Source: an uncultured Chitinophaga sp.
Lineage (GTDB): Bacteria > Bacteroidota > Bacteroidia > UBA7662
Direction of reading: 5' to 3'
DNA length: 64,000 bases
Assembly: GCA_964577055.1 (NCBI GenBank)
Contig: CAZNWC010000001.1
Location: forward strand, 129-64,128
Made by a program: the position numbers and the translations under genes. Shown here in pieces: positions 61,306 to 64,000 of this stretch; within the stretch, counting starts at the first letter, position 1; every line of letters begins with the position of its first letter. The notes under the pieces were generated by a model. That model saw only the letters and a list, made by a program, of their open reading frames with translations, made no database searches and had not been told where the DNA came from.

Positions 61306-63738
61306 ATGGAATATATAGGAGAAAATCTCTGGGCAGGCTGGCTGGGCCATGCTGCCGTCATCTTGTCGTTCTGCGCCTCTTTGCTCGCGTTGATCAGTTA
61401 TACATTCGGGACCTTTAAAAAAGGTGATGATGCAGCTGGCTGGCGCAAAATGGGCAGATGGGCATTTTGGGCCCATGGCGTTGGCGTTTTGAGCATTGTA
61501 GTGGTGCTGTTTTACATCATCTACAATCATTTGTACGAATACCACTACGCCTGGAGCCATGCCTCGCGTGCCTTGCCGGTAAAATACATCATCTCGGCTT
61601 TTTGGGAAGGACAAGAAGGCAGCTTTTTGCTGTGGACCTTCTGGCATTTTGTGATTGGCTTGGTGCTGATGTATTCCACCCGTTATTGGGAGTCGCCCGT
61701 GATGGCGGTGCTAAGTTTGGCCCAAGTGGCGCTTAGTTCCATGCTTTTGGGCATTTATGTGCTGGGCTACAAGGTAGGCAGCAGTCCATTTATTCTCCTG
61801 CGCGAAGCCATGCAGGCACCCATTTTTGCCAATCCCAACTATCTCGAATTCATCACCGATGGCAATGGCCTCAATCCACTCCTGCAAAATCCCTGGATGG
61901 TGATTCACCCTCCGGTGCTGTTTTTGGGATTCGCCAGTGTGATTGTGCCCTTTGCCTTTGCCATTGCAGGCCTCATCAAGGGTGAGTACAAAAATTGGAT
62001 CACCCCTGCCCTGCCTTGGGGATTGTTTGCCGTGATGATATTGGGAACGGGCATCGTGATGGGTGCCGCCTGGGCCTATGAATCGCTCAACTTTGGGGGC
62101 TATTGGGCTTGGGACCCGGTTGAAAATGCTTCGCTCATCCCTTGGTTGACCCTGATAGGCGCCATTCACGTGATGCATGCTTATAAAAAGACCGGCAATT
62201 CACTGCCTACCACCTTCATTTTGGTGATTGTAAGCTTCATCCTGATCCTTTACGCCACTTTCCTCACCCGCTCAGGCATTTTAGGTGAAAGTTCGGTGCA
62301 TTCATTTACTGATTTGGGCATGTCGGGCCAACTGCTCGTATTCCTATTTGCCTTCATCTTATTGGGTGTAGGTTTGCTGGTGTACCGTTGGAAAAAGCTC
62401 CCCCGTTCCGAAAAGGACGAAAACACCTACTCACGCGAGTTTTGGTTGTTCATGGGCACGCTTATCCTCAGTCTCAGTGCCTTCCAAGTATTGGTAAGCA
62501 CATCCATACCGGTAATCAACAAAATATTGGGCACCAATCTCGCTCCGCCAGCTGATCCCATTGCACACTACAATCGTTGGCAGTTGCCCATGGCAGTGTT
62601 GATCATGGCACTGACCACCTTGGGCCAATACCTCAAATACAAAAAAAGCGATAGCCGTGCCTTCTACAGGGCATTGATAATGCCCACCGTCGTGGCGGGT
62701 GTATTGACCATCGCCAGCATGATTCCGTTGAAAATTTATGCCTGGCCCCTGGTGATGTTGCTGTTTGCCAGCTGGTTTTCACTCACTGGCAACTTTGATA
62801 TACTTCGCAAACAGTTCAAAAAGCTTTCTACTGCGGGCGCAGCTGTAGCCCACATCGGTTTTGCTTTGATGATGGTGGGCGTATTAATTTCTTCGGCCAA
62901 CAAACAAGTAGTATCGCTCAACCAAAGCGGTTTGAGTTTTGGTGAAAACTTCGATGCCAAACAAAATGCCGAAAACGTATTGCTTTGGAAGAACGAACCT
63001 ACAGTAATGAACGATTACCGGGTTACCTATCTCGGCGACTCTATTGCTGAACCCAATCACTACTACAAGGTATTTTACGAGCGCTTGGATGCAAAAGGCA
63101 ATCCCAGCTACAGCTTCACGCTGTACCCCAACGCCCAAATCAACCCCAAAATGGGGCTCATTGCCAATCCCGATACCAAACATTACCTCTTGCATGACCT
63201 GTACACCCACGTTACACAGGTAATCGACAAAGAAGCGTACAAGGACCGACCGAAGTGGCAGGAAGCCAAAAAAATCACCTTAAAAGGAAAAGGCGATACC
63301 CTGATGTTGGCCGAAAATCTGGTGATATTAGAAGGCATGCGCCTTGATTTGAATCCAGAAATGGCCGAGAAGGTGAAAGGTGCCGAAGTGGCTGTGGCTG
63401 CAAAATTGCGCGTAAAATCTATCCGCGGTGAACATGTCCTTGAACCGGTGTATGCCATCCAAAATGGAGCTGAATTCCGCTACGATGCTTCCAACGAAGA
63501 GGCGGGATTAAAAATCAGTTTGCTCAAAATCGACCCCAAGGCCGAAACGGTTGAGTTTTCCATCGCAGAGGCCAATCCGGGTCCCAAAGAATACATCATC
63601 ATGAAGGCCATCAAATTCCCCTTCATCAATGTGTTGTGGTTGGGCACAGTGATTTTGGTTTTGGGATTCAGCATGGCCATTATGGACCGTTACCGCGAGG
63701 CCAAGCGGCTCGAAGCACGTGAAAACGTCGTTGCCTGA
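61306..63738 (+). CDS. ccmF: Cytochrome c-type biogenesis haem lyase CcmF-like protein.
   Basis: WWD motif GGYWAWDPVENASLIPWL. Conserved His residues and more than 13 TM helices, with a C-terminal periplasmic extension. 810 aa. Confidence 0.8.
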   Translation: MEYIGENLWAGWLGHAAVILSFCASLLALISYTFGTFKKGDDAAGWRKMGRWAFWAHGVGVLSIVVVLFYIIYNHLYEYHYAWSHASRALPVKYIISAFWEGQEGSFLLWTFWHFVIGLVLMYSTRYWESPVMAVLSLAQVALSSMLLGIYVLGYKVGSSPFILLREAMQAPIFANPNYLEFITDGNGLNPLLQNPWMVIHPPVLFLGFASVIVPFAFAIAGLIKGEYKNWITPALPWGLFAVMILGTGIVMGAAWAYESLNFGGYWAWDPVENASLIPWLTLIGAIHVMHAYKKTGNSLPTTFILVIVSFILILYATFLTRSGILGESSVHSFTDLGMSGQLLVFLFAFILLGVGLLVYRWKKLPRSEKDENTYSREFWLFMGTLILSLSAFQVLVSTSIPVINKILGTNLAPPADPIAHYNRWQLPMAVLIMALTTLGQYLKYKKSDSRAFYRALIMPTVVAGVLTIASMIPLKIYAWPLVMLLFASWFSLTGNFDILRKQFKKLSTAGAAVAHIGFALMMVGVLISSANKQVVSLNQSGLSFGENFDAKQNAENVLLWKNEPTVMNDYRVTYLGDSIAEPNHYYKVFYERLDAKGNPSYSFTLYPNAQINPKMGLIANPDTKHYLLHDLYTHVTQVIDKEAYKDRPKWQEAKKITLKGKGDTLMLAENLVILEGMRLDLNPEMAEKVKGAEVAVAAKLRVKSIRGEHVLEPVYAIQNGAEFRYDASNEEAGLKISLLKIDPKAETVEFSIAEANPGPKEYIIMKAIKFPFINVLWLGTVILVLGFSMAIMDRYREAKRLEARENVVA

Positions 63739-64000
63739 TATAGCCCTGTACGGCACAGGCAACCTTGCCTGGAAGCTTGGAGAAGCCTTGCACGCTGCCG
63801 GTTACCCTATTCACAGCGTGTGGGGCCGCAATCGGTCTGACCGGCAAGCCCTTGCACGCCGCTTACAAGCCCGCGCGCTTGAATCGGCATCGGAAGAGCA
63901 TCCAGCGGCCATCAAGTTCATCCTCTTGCCCGACCATGCCATTGCAGACTTGTCGCAGCAAATTCCAATTGCCGATGATGTTTTGTTGGTGCATTGTGCC
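63719..64000 (+). CDS. Rossmann-fold protein, DUF2520-like putative oxidoreductase. 3'-truncated by the window edge, with a putative GTG start.
   Basis: MKTSLPDIALYGTGNLAWKL.. dinucleotide-binding N-terminus. Overlaps the ccmF stop. Confidence 0.4.
   Translation, partial: MKTSLPDIALYGTGNLAWKLGEALHAAGYPIHSVWGRNRSDRQALARRLQARALESASEEHPAAIKFILLPDHAIADLSQQIPIADDVLLVHCA

Overview
This looks like a chromosomal window from a Bacteroidota genome (Cytophagia/Sphingobacteriia-like). The call rests on GENNYALAA-type tmRNA tag, T9SS C-terminal-domain cargo, DUF4199 proteins, CarbPepD_reg-TonB barrels and an nqrABCDEF operon, with roughly 50% GC by eye. Most of the window is housekeeping. It holds the valS 3' part, pyrC, the Na+-NQR operon nqrA-F, sucC, tsaC, an ABC-F ATPase, a thiolase, accC, plsC, a PhoH2/7TM-HD pair, M1 and S46 peptidases, an Ala-DH/PNT-family dehydrogenase, glycosyltransferases, TonB-dependent-like barrels and ccmE/ccmF. 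Several things stand out. (1) A ~2.8 kb low-GC islet sits at the valS 3' end. It is bounded by a ~150 bp duplication of the valS 3' end that encodes an alternative C-terminus. It carries two unknown secreted/outer-membrane proteins, one with a perfect (GAGGAT)8 poly-Ser tract, and no integrase. A RayT-like HUH transposase with a cluster of REP-like palindromes lies next to it. (2) A tmRNA gene is surrounded by odd short tandem repeats: (TTGAACYT)3 at three sites bracketing both an Ala-DH-like gene and the tmRNA, (GGGATTT)4, and ~26-nt direct repeats. A separate cluster of four GGGGTC-stem hairpins lies nearby. (3) A 1108-aa T9SS cargo protein is followed by a 67-aa secreted mini-protein whose C-terminus resembles an exosortase or rhombosortase sorting signal. 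(4) A CcmE carrying a CxxxY (Cys) motif in place of the canonical HxxxY motif sits beside ccmF. (5) A PAS sensor kinase is frameshifted. No CRISPR, rRNA or tRNA genes were recognised.
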